Source: a virus
Strand: one strand, 5' to 3'
IMG/VR virus record: IMGVR_UViG_3300031963_011573
Span: 1-64,000 of that record
DNA: 64,000 nt
Each line of letters starts with the position of its first letter. Position 1 is the stretch's first letter. A program made the position numbers and the translations under genes. Of this stretch, positions 9,144 to 18,741 are shown one piece after another. The notes under the pieces are model-generated. The model made no database searches, was not told where the DNA came from, and worked only from the letters and a program-made list of their open reading frames with translations.

Positions 9144-9905
9144 ATGAATTACAAATTTATCCCAGTTAACAATGATTTAAATAAAGCAGTTGCTTTTGCT
9201 AATTCATTAGACCAGAACTATTTAAAAAATGTTCAAAAAACAAAACAAAAAACATTTTATGTACCAACAATGGATATACTTGAGTCTTTACAAAAAGAAG
9301 GATGGTATATCAAAGGTGTAGATGAACATAGAGCATCAAATAGAAAAATTTCATCTAATTATGTTCAATTACATCATCCTGATTTTGAATTAAAGAATAA
9401 AAAAGGTAAAATGGAAGCTGTTTCATCTCTTACTATTTCAAATAGTTGTAATGGAAGCAGTCCGTTAACAATGAATTTAGGAATGTATAGACAAGTATGT
9501 TCTAATGGGTTAATAGCGTTTGATAAACAAGCTGAAAGTACTAAAATACGCCATATAGAGACAGATTATAATAATTTACCAAGAATATTAGCTAGTGTAA
9601 ATAACAAAGTAGATAAAGTATTAGAGCAATTTGGAATTCTACAAAATAAAAATTTAACAATAGAGGAAGCAGCTAAATTCGCCCGTCAAGCAGCCCAACT
9701 TAGATTTTCTAATAATGACATTTCTGAAACAACTGTAAATAATTTATTAGCTGTTAATCGAAATGAAGATGAAGGGATGGATTTGTGGTCTGTATTTAAT
9801 AGAGTACAAGAAAATTTAACAGGAGGAATTCGAAATATGAGTGATGATATTAGAGTTAATCAACAGTTATTTAGCTTAGCAGATCAGTATGCATTAGCAG
9901 TTTAA
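9144..9905 (+). CDS. DUF932/DUF945 family protein
   Basis: NSCNGSS, GMYRQVCSNGL and DLWSVFNRVQENL. Confidence 0.8.
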   Translation: MNYKFIPVNNDLNKAVAFANSLDQNYLKNVQKTKQKTFYVPTMDILESLQKEGWYIKGVDEHRASNRKISSNYVQLHHPDFELKNKKGKMEAVSSLTISNSCNGSSPLTMNLGMYRQVCSNGLIAFDKQAESTKIRHIETDYNNLPRILASVNNKVDKVLEQFGILQNKNLTIEEAAKFARQAAQLRFSNNDISETTVNNLLAVNRNEDEGMDLWSVFNRVQENLTGGIRNMSDDIRVNQQLFSLADQYALAV

Positions 9906-9970
9906 AAAATATACAAAGGAAGAGCTCTTTCGAGAGCTCTTTCGTATATTAAAATATTAAAATAAAGGTT

Positions 9971-10207
9971 ATGAACGAAAGAAGAATTTTAAGTCAAATA
10001 GCAGCAAGTAATTTAGATTTTCACCCAACTATCAGAGATAGTAAATTGTCAATAGATGACAAATTAGAACTACAATTTTTACTTGAACATAAGTTTGGTG
10101 GTGATTTTAGAGCATTAATTGAAGATATATTAGCATATGCTATTGAAGTTGAAGAATATGAATTAGCAGCAATAATCAGAGACGAATTACAAAACAATAT
10201 AAAATAA
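9971..10207 (+). CDS. hypothetical protein with UvrB/C-like C-terminal motif
   Basis: EEYELAAIIRDEL. Confidence 0.65.
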   Translation: MNERRILSQIAASNLDFHPTIRDSKLSIDDKLELQFLLEHKFGGDFRALIEDILAYAIEVEEYELAAIIRDELQNNIK

Positions 10208-10212
10208 GAGTT

Positions 10213-10554
10213 ATGGCAAAGAAAGAAAAACACACAATTGAGATAGATTTTTTAGATCTAAAAACACGTTTCAAAGCAGGTGAATTAACAACAGAAGAAG
10301 TAGATCAAATCACAAGCAAACTCATAGCTGAATTAGCTGTATTAACTGTGAATGGTATTACTGAAATAAATGGTACATCAATTGATTTATACAAAGATAG
10401 AGTATGGTGGATTGTAGAAAAAGCAGGATTGTTACCTGAATATAGAGATCCAGAAGACGACATTAAAGATTTGTTTGATGAAGACGAAGACGATTACTAC
10501 AAAACAGATGATGAATTCGATTTTGAAATAGATGATAGTAAGTTTTACAAATAA
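10213..10554 (+). CDS. hypothetical protein with acidic tail
   Basis: ORF track. Confidence 0.7.
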   Translation: MAKKEKHTIEIDFLDLKTRFKAGELTTEEVDQITSKLIAELAVLTVNGITEINGTSIDLYKDRVWWIVEKAGLLPEYRDPEDDIKDLFDEDEDDYYKTDDEFDFEIDDSKFYK

Positions 10555-10565
10555 AATAAAACAAT

Positions 10566-10955
10566 ATGAAAAAATTAATTTTAACAGTTGCATTGTTTTG
10601 CAGCACAGCATTAAATGCTCAAATGACGAATTTGGATGGATTTGAGAAAAGTAAACTTGGATATACAAAAACATTCTTTACCTTAGAAGAAGCTATTAAA
10701 GTATACAGTTATGTAATGGATAAAAATGGAGTAGATACTTTAAATTCCCGATATAACAGAGACAAAAACCCAGTTATATTTGATTATTTTAAATTAGATC
10801 CAAACTCAAAGAAAGTTAATATTGGAGTCATTATTTATTACAATGGAGTGTATGATGTACTATTCACAACAATCAAAGATCAAGATACTGTTTTATTTTC
10901 AGTTAAAGATGAAAATGGTGAGTTGATTGATTTAATTTACAAAAAAGAAGAATAA
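10566..10955 (+). CDS. secreted/periplasmic hypothetical protein
   Basis: Signal peptide MKKLILTVALFCSTALNAQ. Confidence 0.7.
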   Translation: MKKLILTVALFCSTALNAQMTNLDGFEKSKLGYTKTFFTLEEAIKVYSYVMDKNGVDTLNSRYNRDKNPVIFDYFKLDPNSKKVNIGVIIYYNGVYDVLFTTIKDQDTVLFSVKDENGELIDLIYKKEE

Positions 10956-11020
10956 AATTTGGAGAAGTAAAAAAGTTTTCGTATATTAAAGTATTAAAAA
11001 AAGAAATAAAAAGAAAAGTT

Positions 11021-11830
11021 ATGTTAGATTTAAGCAAAGATGGTTTTTTAAAAACAAGTGAAATTAAAGAAAGAGCAAGATCAATTTTCACTGAAACGGC
11101 AAGTCCAAGTGTATCAAGTAAGTTTACACATATTCCAACATTTAAAGTAATTGAGGATATGGCTCAATTAGGATGGAATGTAGTTGATGCTAAAGAAGTT
11201 AAAGCACGAGCCAAAAATAGCATTGGTTTCCAAAAACACTTAGTTGTATTCCGTAATCCTGATGTAGTAATCAATGGAGCGGATGGTGATACAGTATTTC
11301 CACAAATCCTATTGACAAATTCAAATGATGGAAAAAATGCATTTACATTTACAGCTGGTTTATTCCGTTTAGTGTGTGAAAATGGTTTGGTTATTTCAAC
11401 TGAGCAATTCAACGATGTTAAAATGCGTCACATGGGTTATACATTTGAAGAGTTGCAAACACAAATTAGAGCAATGGTTGAGCAATTGCCTTTGACAGTT
11501 GAATCAATGAACAAAATGAAATCAATTCAATTGAGTGAAGAGCAAGCAAAAGAATTAGCTACAAAAGCATTAACAACTCGTTTCACAGAAGATCAAATTG
11601 ATGCTGTTAAAATTGATTTAGATTTGTTACTTGAGCCAACACGTCCTGAAGATAAAGGTAGTGATTTATGGTCAGTGTTCAATGTAATTCAAGAAAAGAT
11701 ATTAGATGGTAATTTTAATTACATATCAGGTAATAAAGTAAGAAAAGCACGTAAAGTGAAGAATTTTAAACAAGACCTAGAAATCAATCAAAAATTATTT
11801 GCAATGGCAGCTGAATTTATAGCTGCCTAA
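11021..11830 (+). CDS. DUF932/DUF945 family protein (paralogue)
   Basis: LLTNSNDG, GLFRLVCENGL and DLWSVFNVIQEK. Confidence 0.85.
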   Translation: MLDLSKDGFLKTSEIKERARSIFTETASPSVSSKFTHIPTFKVIEDMAQLGWNVVDAKEVKARAKNSIGFQKHLVVFRNPDVVINGADGDTVFPQILLTNSNDGKNAFTFTAGLFRLVCENGLVISTEQFNDVKMRHMGYTFEELQTQIRAMVEQLPLTVESMNKMKSIQLSEEQAKELATKALTTRFTEDQIDAVKIDLDLLLEPTRPEDKGSDLWSVFNVIQEKILDGNFNYISGNKVRKARKVKNFKQDLEINQKLFAMAAEFIAA

Positions 11831-11839
11831 GCAAAAAAT

Positions 11840-11948
11840 AGTCAGGTGGCGGAATTGGTTAGACGCTATCTAGAAGATTATATGAAAGGGTGATATAAGA
11901 ATGAAATGAATAAACCCACTTACAGGTTCGAATCCTGTCCTGACTACA
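11840..11948 (+). ncRNA. tRNA-like element 1 (Leu-type acceptor, D and T arms; no canonical anticodon arm)
   Basis: Acceptor AGTCAGG/CCTGACT; D arm GCG-GAATTGGTTAGA-CGC; T arm ACAGG-TTCGAAT-CCTGT; central ~50 nt non-canonical. Confidence 0.8.
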
Positions 11949-11972
11949 AAACGCTTCATAACCGTTTCTTTT

Positions 11973-12008
11973 CCTGCCGTGTGGATACGAACATACGGCA
12001 GGTTTTTT
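11973..12008 (+). terminator. intrinsic terminator after tRNA-like element 1
   Basis: CCTGCCGT/ACGGCAGG followed by a T-run. Confidence 0.8.
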
Positions 12009-12071
12009 AAAAAAGGACGTTTATGAGCAAAAGAAATTTCGTATATTAACATAAATTAAAAAAAAAAGAAA

Positions 12072-12257
12072 ATGAATACACATTTACAAACAACAGCAAC
12101 ACTTTTAATACTAGCCGCTATAGTAGCAGGGCTTTATTTTTTCACAGTAGAAACACTATTTCTATTTATTCTAACAATTGTTTATGCTATAATTTATGCT
12201 GAGATAAAAGAATCTAAAGAAAATAAAAATGGGAAAAAAATTGAAGAAAATAATTGA
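12072..12257 (+). CDS. small membrane protein
   Basis: Two TM segments. Confidence 0.65.
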   Translation: MNTHLQTTATLLILAAIVAGLYFFTVETLFLFILTIVYAIIYAEIKESKENKNGKKIEENN

Positions 12258-12372
12258 GATTCAACAGGAAATAATTGAAATTTTAAAGAAAGACATTGAA
12301 TCACGTGACAAATATATAGACATATTAGAGCGTCAAATTAAAATAACAGAAAAATATATAAATGAGCGATAA
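12229..12372 (+). CDS. small coiled-coil peptide (47 aa)
   Basis: Read manually; fills the gap between neighbours. Confidence 0.5.
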   Translation: MGKKLKKIIEIQQEIIEILKKDIESRDKYIDILERQIKITEKYINER

Positions 12373-12565
12373 AAAAACAAACACAAACGGAATTGGAATT
12401 GGTATGATACTATTCCTTATATTTATGACTTTAAAATTAACAGGCCATATTACTTGGAGTTGGTGGTGGGTTGCCCTCCCTTTATATGGGCCTATCTTAG
12501 CTGCCGTATTGATTATGGGGATAGCATTTTTAATTGCTTTTATAGTATACAAAAACAAAAAATGA
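12362..12565 (+). CDS. small membrane protein (LKLTGHITWSWWWV family)
   Basis: Common phage TM motif. Confidence 0.75.
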   Translation: MSDKKTNTNGIGIGMILFLIFMTLKLTGHITWSWWWVALPLYGPILAAVLIMGIAFLIAFIVYKNKK

Positions 12566-12798
12566 AGCAAGTAACACCACGTGTTAAAACGCTTAACCAT
12601 ATCAGAGAGGCAGTTGGTAGAGTAACATTTACCAACATCTCTCCAACTATGAAAGCACGTCTAATTTCGTATGACGAGGAAAAGTCATATTTTGAAGTCC
12701 AACCACACCAAGAACATACAAAATATAACGAATGTGCAGGACAAATGTTTTATGTACCAACATATATGGCTATTTGTTTCAACTATATAGAGGAATAG
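12562..12798 (+). CDS. hypothetical protein
   Basis: Start reassigned (ATGA overlap). Confidence 0.7.
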   Translation: MKQVTPRVKTLNHIREAVGRVTFTNISPTMKARLISYDEEKSYFEVQPHQEHTKYNECAGQMFYVPTYMAICFNYIEE

Positions 12799-12841
12799 GT
12801 TTTAAAGTAAAAATTTCGTATATTCAAGCAAATTAAAAGAA

Positions 12842-13231
12842 ATGGAAGAAAGAATTCAAGTAAATGGTATATGGTATGTTAGAGAAACTGATCCAACACC
12901 TGAAATCAAAGAAAAAGACATTACATTCAGTATGGAACGTATTTGGGAATCAAACAACTGGAGTTTTATTGCAACTGTAATTATGTTAGATGGAGCTGAA
13001 ACATTGGACGATCATTACCCGGACCCATACATTAAAATAACAGATAAACGTTCTTTAGAGAGAGAAGATTGGATTGAGGATGAAATAGATAATCCAAATT
13101 TTATGTGGGGTGTATTAGAGGGTAATCCTGATTCAATGATTGATGCAAATGAAATGTTTGATAAACAAGGTTTAGAGGAATTTAAAGCATTTCTTTTATA
13201 TTTGAATAGTATTGGTTGGTTAACAAAATAA
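12842..13231 (+). CDS. hypothetical protein
   Basis: Own cassette. Confidence 0.75.
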   Translation: MEERIQVNGIWYVRETDPTPEIKEKDITFSMERIWESNNWSFIATVIMLDGAETLDDHYPDPYIKITDKRSLEREDWIEDEIDNPNFMWGVLEGNPDSMIDANEMFDKQGLEEFKAFLLYLNSIGWLTK

Positions 13232-13284
13232 AGGAATAACTCTCGTAAGAGAGCTTTCGTATATTAAAGTATAAAAATAAGAAA

Positions 13285-13965
13285 ATGAAAAACATACATT
13301 TATTAAAAACAGAAAAACCAACAGGTATATTTCAATCAAATAGTGGTTTACAATTTTCAATTAGAGACAAAGTAAGAGTGTACCCATTAATAGGATTCCA
13401 CACCTACATCACTTCTGATAAAGAAATTAAAATAGGAAATTGGTGTATTGATAAACACAACGCTGTTTATAAACAAGAAACAGATAAAATTTTTACAGAG
13501 TTTACTAACTCTAAAAAAATAATCCTAACAACAGACGAAGACTTAATTGCTGATGGTGTACAAGCTATTGATGATGGGTTTTTAGAATGGTTTGTGAAGA
13601 ATCCAAGTTGTGAAAGTGTTGAAACTAAAGTAGTAGATTTTGAAGTGGATATGGGATTAGGAGATGAGTGTATTGAACATGGTAGTTATTATAAAATCAT
13701 CATTCCAAAAGAAGAACCTAAACAAGAAACACTTGAAGAAGCTTCTGAAAGATATGCTACAAAACAAGTTGATATTTCTATGAGAGAAGATACATTAGAA
13801 TTCTCTAAATCAGGAAAAGAATTATATCAAGAATCTAAAATTGATTTTATTGAAGGTGCTAAATGGCAAGCTGAAAATATGCCAATACACATAATAGATG
13901 TTGAAAATATCTATGTACACATTGAAAATGGTGTAATAATAGTTGAGAAAAATAAAAAGAAATAA
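13285..13965 (+). CDS. phage hypothetical protein (KIILTTD..LI.DGVQ...QETLEEA...FIEGAKWQ)
   Basis: Recurrent phage motifs; function unknown. Confidence 0.75.
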   Translation: MKNIHLLKTEKPTGIFQSNSGLQFSIRDKVRVYPLIGFHTYITSDKEIKIGNWCIDKHNAVYKQETDKIFTEFTNSKKIILTTDEDLIADGVQAIDDGFLEWFVKNPSCESVETKVVDFEVDMGLGDECIEHGSYYKIIIPKEEPKQETLEEASERYATKQVDISMREDTLEFSKSGKELYQESKIDFIEGAKWQAENMPIHIIDVENIYVHIENGVIIVEKNKKK

Positions 13966-13978
13966 CATATATTAAAAA

Positions 13979-14287
13979 ATGGGAGAAGACGTAATTTCAA
14001 TATTGGTTAAACGATTAAGACGTTGTGGTATCGAAATAGAATTAAGTGGAAATTATCCATGGATCTACTTAGATAAAGTAAATGGTAATCGCATTAAACA
14101 AGAAGATTTTACATCAAATCATGGTTTCAACATTGCTTGGTTTGGAATTAAAAATGATGATAAAATAAAATTTGCTGAGGAACCTAAAGTAATTATTGCT
14201 TTAATTCGAAAATATGTTAGGGAATCAAAATTGATTCAAATGATAAAAGACGATGAAGAAGCAGGATTATATCAAAAACCAGAATAG
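13979..14287 (+). CDS. hypothetical protein (GNYPWIYL motif)
   Basis: ORF track. Confidence 0.75.
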   Translation: MGEDVISILVKRLRRCGIEIELSGNYPWIYLDKVNGNRIKQEDFTSNHGFNIAWFGIKNDDKIKFAEEPKVIIALIRKYVRESKLIQMIKDDEEAGLYQKPE

Positions 14288-14288
14288 A

Positions 14289-14528
14289 ATGACACCAAAA
14301 GAAAAAGCAGAAGAGCTAGTTGAAATGTTTATGAACATAAGAAAACAGAAGTTAGCAGACTATTCTATAATTTATCATCCAACATCTAAACAATGTGCTT
14401 TAATTGCAGTAAATGAAATACTACTAACACTAAACAAAGATATCAGAGATTTAGATGTGGTAGGTAATGTATTGTTGGATTTAATTGACTATTGGAATGA
14501 AGTTAAACAAGAAATAGAACAACTATGA
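14289..14528 (+). CDS. hypothetical protein (MTPKEKAEEL family)
   Basis: Start within a CCAGAATAGAATG junction variant. Confidence 0.75.
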   Translation: MTPKEKAEELVEMFMNIRKQKLADYSIIYHPTSKQCALIAVNEILLTLNKDIRDLDVVGNVLLDLIDYWNEVKQEIEQL

Positions 14529-14911
14529 CAGAACAAGAAATGAACGATTTTCTACAATCCATAGGTGGGTTGGAAAATGGCATGTACTCAAATAGAGAAC
14601 CAATAACGAATGCAGGATTCTTTGAATGCGATTCAGGTTGGTATCAAATAATAAAAGATCTTATTGTTAATTTAATTGAATTGGGTTGGAATAAAGAAAT
14701 ATGCCAAGTAAAGGAAAAATTTGGTGGTCTACGCTTCTATATCAATGAAGCATCAGATGAAATGCATGCGCGTATAAGCAAAGCAGAAGATTTAAGTTAC
14801 CAAACATGCGAGATAACAGGTAAACCAGGACAATTAAGAACAGATATAGGTTGGCATACAACTTTATGTGAAGAAGAATATCAAAAGATATTAGCAAAAA
14901 GGAATAGTTAA
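14525..14911 (+). CDS. conserved phage protein (QVKEKFGGLRFY)
   Basis: Widely recurring phage motif. Confidence 0.8.
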   Translation: MTEQEMNDFLQSIGGLENGMYSNREPITNAGFFECDSGWYQIIKDLIVNLIELGWNKEICQVKEKFGGLRFYINEASDEMHARISKAEDLSYQTCEITGKPGQLRTDIGWHTTLCEEEYQKILAKRNS

Positions 14912-14949
14912 TTTAAAAGAATTTTCGTATATTCCAGCAAATTAAGAAA

Positions 14950-15120
14950 ATGGAACCTTGGTTATTAAATTGGACAGCGTTTTTAGTTAGAAATACTCAT
15001 GCAACTGTTGAAGGACTAACATATGAAGAAGATGGCCCAGCATGGTTTAATGCAATGTGGGAATTGTGGTGTAAAAATTCTGATTTTGGAGAAGAATTAA
15101 TGAAGGATAAAGAAAAGTAA
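14950..15120 (+). CDS. hypothetical protein (56 aa)
   Basis: Read manually; own cassette. Confidence 0.6.
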   Translation: MEPWLLNWTAFLVRNTHATVEGLTYEEDGPAWFNAMWELWCKNSDFGEELMKDKEK

Positions 15121-15155
15121 AATAGAGATCGTATATTTAAACAAAAATAAAGGTT

Positions 15156-16211
15156 ATGAAAATATTATATAAACGCTCAACAACAGGAAAAATAAACGAA
15201 TGGTCAATTGAAGTTGAGGGAAATAAATTTAGGACTATATCTGGGTTCACTGATGGGTTAAAAGTGACATCAGAATGGACTATATGTGGGGCTAAATCAT
15301 ATTGTACAGCTGAAGAACAAGCCATGAAGCAAGCTAAAGCATTACATAAAAAGAAAATTGATTTAGGCGCTTTTGAAGATATCAACGATATCGACAAACC
15401 AGTATTCTTTAAACCAATGTTGGCTCACGACTACAATGACTATAAAGAAAAAATAAAATACCCAGTAGCAACTCAACCTAAATTAGATGGTGTAAGGTGT
15501 ATTGTAGACATTGATGGAATGAGAAGTCGTAATGGAAAAGAACTCATATCCGCCCCTCATATCCATGAAGCATTAAAACCATTATTTGAGAAATATCCTG
15601 ATTTGGTATTTGATGGTGAGTTATATGCTCATAAGAGTGATGGAGTTGATTTCAATAAAATTATTTCTTGTGTTAGAAAAACAAAACCAACCCCAAACGA
15701 TATAATTGAAAGTAAACAACATATCCAATACTGGATTTATGATTTACCATCACATACAGGCACATTCACAGAACGAAGTTTTGCTATAAGTGATTTAGAT
15801 TTACCTGAATGTTGTATTGTGGTTGATACAACTATTATACATAACAAAGAAGACTTAATGGGTATGTATCGTGTTTATATGGCTGATGGGTATGAAGGTC
15901 AAATGATTAGAGTGTTGGATAGCGAATATGAAAATAAACGTTCTAAACATTTACTTAAACATAAGTCATTTATGGATGCTGAATTTGAAATTAAAGGTGT
16001 AGTTGAAGGTAAAGGAAAACTAACAGGAAAAATAGGTAAACTAGTATTTGACGGGTTCGATTCGGCTATAAATGGAGATCATGAGTATTTAGAAATGTTA
16101 TTTAGAAGAGGAGACTTAATAGGTAAAAAAGCAACTGTTAAGTATTTTGAGTTAACTACAGATGGTGTACCTAGATTCCCGAAGGTAGTCGCTATTCGGG
16201 ATTTTGAATAA
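15156..16211 (+). CDS. lig: ATP-dependent DNA ligase
   Basis: Motif I KLDGVR; DGELY; EGQMIR; LLKHK; PRFP. Confidence 0.92.
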   Translation: MKILYKRSTTGKINEWSIEVEGNKFRTISGFTDGLKVTSEWTICGAKSYCTAEEQAMKQAKALHKKKIDLGAFEDINDIDKPVFFKPMLAHDYNDYKEKIKYPVATQPKLDGVRCIVDIDGMRSRNGKELISAPHIHEALKPLFEKYPDLVFDGELYAHKSDGVDFNKIISCVRKTKPTPNDIIESKQHIQYWIYDLPSHTGTFTERSFAISDLDLPECCIVVDTTIIHNKEDLMGMYRVYMADGYEGQMIRVLDSEYENKRSKHLLKHKSFMDAEFEIKGVVEGKGKLTGKIGKLVFDGFDSAINGDHEYLEMLFRRGDLIGKKATVKYFELTTDGVPRFPKVVAIRDFE

Positions 16212-16245
16212 TAAAATAGGTTTTGTATATTTAAGAAAAAAAGTT

Positions 16246-16542
16246 ATGAGAATAAAAAATGAAATGATTGAGTTTGTAAATGAGAATTTTGAAGTGATTA
16301 AAAATAATTTCTATAATAGTGAATTGAATATATTAGAAGAAATTCTTGAAGATGAACTCCATAGGGGTGAAGGTGATATTGATGACCATAATATGTTAGT
16401 TGAATTTTTAAATCACCAGATGAATGTTTCAACCGCTGAAGAATTAGTTGAGGCAATTAATGAACGTTCTTTAGGGGTTGATTTTGAGGATAATGAAGAT
16501 ACAAATGAGTTATTTAAAATGATTAAAGCAATAAAGGAGTAA
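16246..16542 (+). CDS. acidic hypothetical protein
   Basis: Start reassigned to GTTATG. Confidence 0.7.
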   Translation: MRIKNEMIEFVNENFEVIKNNFYNSELNILEEILEDELHRGEGDIDDHNMLVEFLNHQMNVSTAEELVEAINERSLGVDFEDNEDTNELFKMIKAIKE

Positions 16543-16582
16543 ATTTGCTAAAATAAGTTTCGTATATTTAAGAAAAAAAGTT

Positions 16583-16846
16583 ATGACAGTAAGAGAGTTT
16601 AGAATGATGGTAGGAGAAACAAAAATATTCTCTGTTGATTTCATTAAAAAAGATGGTTCATTAAGAACAATGATTGCCCGTTTAGGAGTAAGAAAACATT
16701 TACAAGGAGGAACATTAAAATACAATGCTGAAGAGAGATCATTGTTACCTGTATTTGATATGGAAAAACAAGCCTATAGAATGGTAAATGTGAGCACTAT
16801 CAGGGAAATTAGACATGAAGGAGAAACAATTAAATTAGAGGAATAA
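16583..16846 (+). CDS. WYL_2/Sm-like SH3-fold protein
   Basis: F.KKDGSLRTM...VFDMEKQAYR pattern. Confidence 0.65.
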   Translation: MTVREFRMMVGETKIFSVDFIKKDGSLRTMIARLGVRKHLQGGTLKYNAEERSLLPVFDMEKQAYRMVNVSTIREIRHEGETIKLEE

Positions 16847-16854
16847 AACAATAT

Positions 16855-16965
16855 GGTCAGGTGGCGGAATTGGTTAGACGCTATTGAATGAGAAAAACGG
16901 TTAAGATTAACATGGATGTAAATGAGGAAGTTAATCATGCAGGTTCGAATCCTGCCCTGACAACA
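16855..16965 (+). ncRNA. tRNA-like element 2 (paralogue of 11840)
   Basis: Identical GTCAGGTGGCGGAATTGGTTAGACGCTAT 5' part; T arm GCAGG-TTCGAAT-CCTGC; no anticodon arm. Confidence 0.8.
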
Positions 16966-17018
16966 ATTAAGATACCGCTTCATAACCGGTTTTATCTTTT
17001 TTAATTATACGCCTTATA

Positions 17019-17042
17019 GAGCCCGGTTGATCCGGGCTTTTT
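17019..17042 (+). terminator. intrinsic terminator after tRNA-like element 2
   Basis: GCCCGG-TTGAT-CCGGGC followed by a T-run. Confidence 0.8.
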
Positions 17043-17112
17043 GGGGTCCAAAGGAATAGGAATTTAAAAAATCATTTTGTATATTTAAAGTATAAATTTA
17101 AAAAATAAAGTT

Positions 17113-17421
17113 ATGACACTAGCAGAAAGAAAATTAAATGTAGTAGAGTATTTAAAATATGAAAGAGATGAACGTATCCCTGAACTAATAGAAATGTATG
17201 GTGGGGACGAGCAGTATGTAATAGATGAAGTATGGGGCCCATTAGAAACATGTTTAGATGGAAAAACAGATGAAGATTTAATAAATATAGTTGATAAGAT
17301 AATGGATGATCCTTCATTTGAAAAATCCTTTAAAGAGTTTAAAGAATATATGGGAGAAAAATGGAGTGTTGAAGAGTTAGATTACGAGCTTATTTGGGAA
17401 TTTATTACAAATCATAATTAG
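17113..17421 (+). CDS. acidic hypothetical protein
   Basis: Own cassette. Confidence 0.75.
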   Translation: MTLAERKLNVVEYLKYERDERIPELIEMYGGDEQYVIDEVWGPLETCLDGKTDEDLINIVDKIMDDPSFEKSFKEFKEYMGEKWSVEELDYELIWEFITNHN

Positions 17422-17466
17422 GATTAAGTAAACCAATTTTTAATTAATATATTTAAAATAAAAAAT

Positions 17467-17664
17467 ATGAAAAATTTAAAAAAATTAAAATTAATTAAAT
17501 CGAAAATTGAAGATTTAAGAATTGAAATGATTGATGTTGCTGTTGACATGAATATAAAAGAAAAAAATTATGATGATATTTTTGAATTTGTTTCAACAGA
17601 AGCTGAAAATGCATTTTGTATTTTATTGAATGAATTTGAGATGTTTATTGAAGAGATTAAGTAA
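17467..17664 (+). CDS. hypothetical protein
   Basis: Own cassette. Confidence 0.65.
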   Translation: MKNLKKLKLIKSKIEDLRIEMIDVAVDMNIKEKNYDDIFEFVSTEAENAFCILLNEFEMFIEEIK

Positions 17665-17722
17665 AATTAAACAATTATTTAAAATTACTTTCATATACCT
17701 TAATATAATTAAAAATAAAAAG

Positions 17723-17866
17723 ATGGAAATACAACATTTAACCAGATCCACTTATGCAGTGGTAGACTTAAACACCGGAGAAACTCTTTTTATGGGAGGA
17801 TTAGAGGAATGTGAAGATTATCTTTGGAGTTATGAAAAAAAGTTAGAAAGGGATTACATGTATTAA
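17723..17866 (+). CDS. hypothetical protein
   Basis: Start reassigned after the cassette. Confidence 0.6.
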   Translation: MEIQHLTRSTYAVVDLNTGETLFMGGLEECEDYLWSYEKKLERDYMY

Positions 17867-17910
17867 AGTTTAATTAGTATATTTAAATATAATTAAAAAA
17901 AATAAAAGTT

Positions 17911-18702
17911 ATGGAAAGTTTAAACGAACAAGAGTACATTAAAGATCCAAATCAATTAGATCTATTTGAAGGTATATTACATACACCTGAACAAGAACAA
18001 AAAATAGCAGAGTTTATTAAAAGTAGAGAAAACACTGCTAATGTAGGTGAAAGTGTAAATAAACAACATGAACAATTACTTATCAATAATGGTTTTGTTA
18101 AAGATGTTGATTTTGTTAATACTTTTAAAGTAGAAACTGTTACTAAAGAAATACAATTAGGTTATAGTTGGCAAAAAAATCAATTTAAAGCTGAAGTGAC
18201 ATTTAAAGATGTAACAGGTTATATTTCATTAAAAGGGAAACAATTCAATTCATATAATAAACCAAATGAATTGAGTGATGTTACATTTAATGTTGATTTT
18301 GACCGAGGAGATAAAATTAATTGTTCTTCAATCCAAGGTAATTATCGCTACATTAAACCTACAACATTATTTGATAAATTGATGGAATTCAATAAACACC
18401 AGGAATATCTATTTGAAGAACATCTAAAGAAAACTGATTTAAAACAAAACATAATTGACAAATATGCAAAACTATATCCAAATGCTACAATAACTGTTAA
18501 AAACGAATGGTCAAAATATAGTGGTACATTTGATATAATTGAAGTTAAATTTGAATCAGGTAGTTTTGTTCAATTTAGATTGGATACTCATAAAAATATA
18601 GAATACCTACATAAGAAACACGATGCTGAATTTGAAGCATTAAAGATAGAGGAATTGTTAGAAAGATTTTCAAAACAAGTAAAAAAGGAAGGCTCTAATT
18701 AA
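17911..18702 (+). CDS. hypothetical protein
   Basis: 263-aa ORF with own cassette. Confidence 0.8.
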   Translation: MESLNEQEYIKDPNQLDLFEGILHTPEQEQKIAEFIKSRENTANVGESVNKQHEQLLINNGFVKDVDFVNTFKVETVTKEIQLGYSWQKNQFKAEVTFKDVTGYISLKGKQFNSYNKPNELSDVTFNVDFDRGDKINCSSIQGNYRYIKPTTLFDKLMEFNKHQEYLFEEHLKKTDLKQNIIDKYAKLYPNATITVKNEWSKYSGTFDIIEVKFESGSFVQFRLDTHKNIEYLHKKHDAEFEALKIEELLERFSKQVKKEGSN

Positions 18703-18741
18703 AGAGCCTTTCGTATATTACAATAAAAAAGAAATTAGAAG

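Noticed and set aside
11865-11880. Amber-suppressor (CTA) or Leu(TAG) anticodon in tRNA-like element 1
   Set aside because: No 5-bp stem with a 7-nt loop can be drawn, and element 2 lacks the sequence.
11870-16983. Minus-strand ORFs 11870-12052 and 16774-16983
   Set aside because: They are antisense shadows of the tRNA-like elements.
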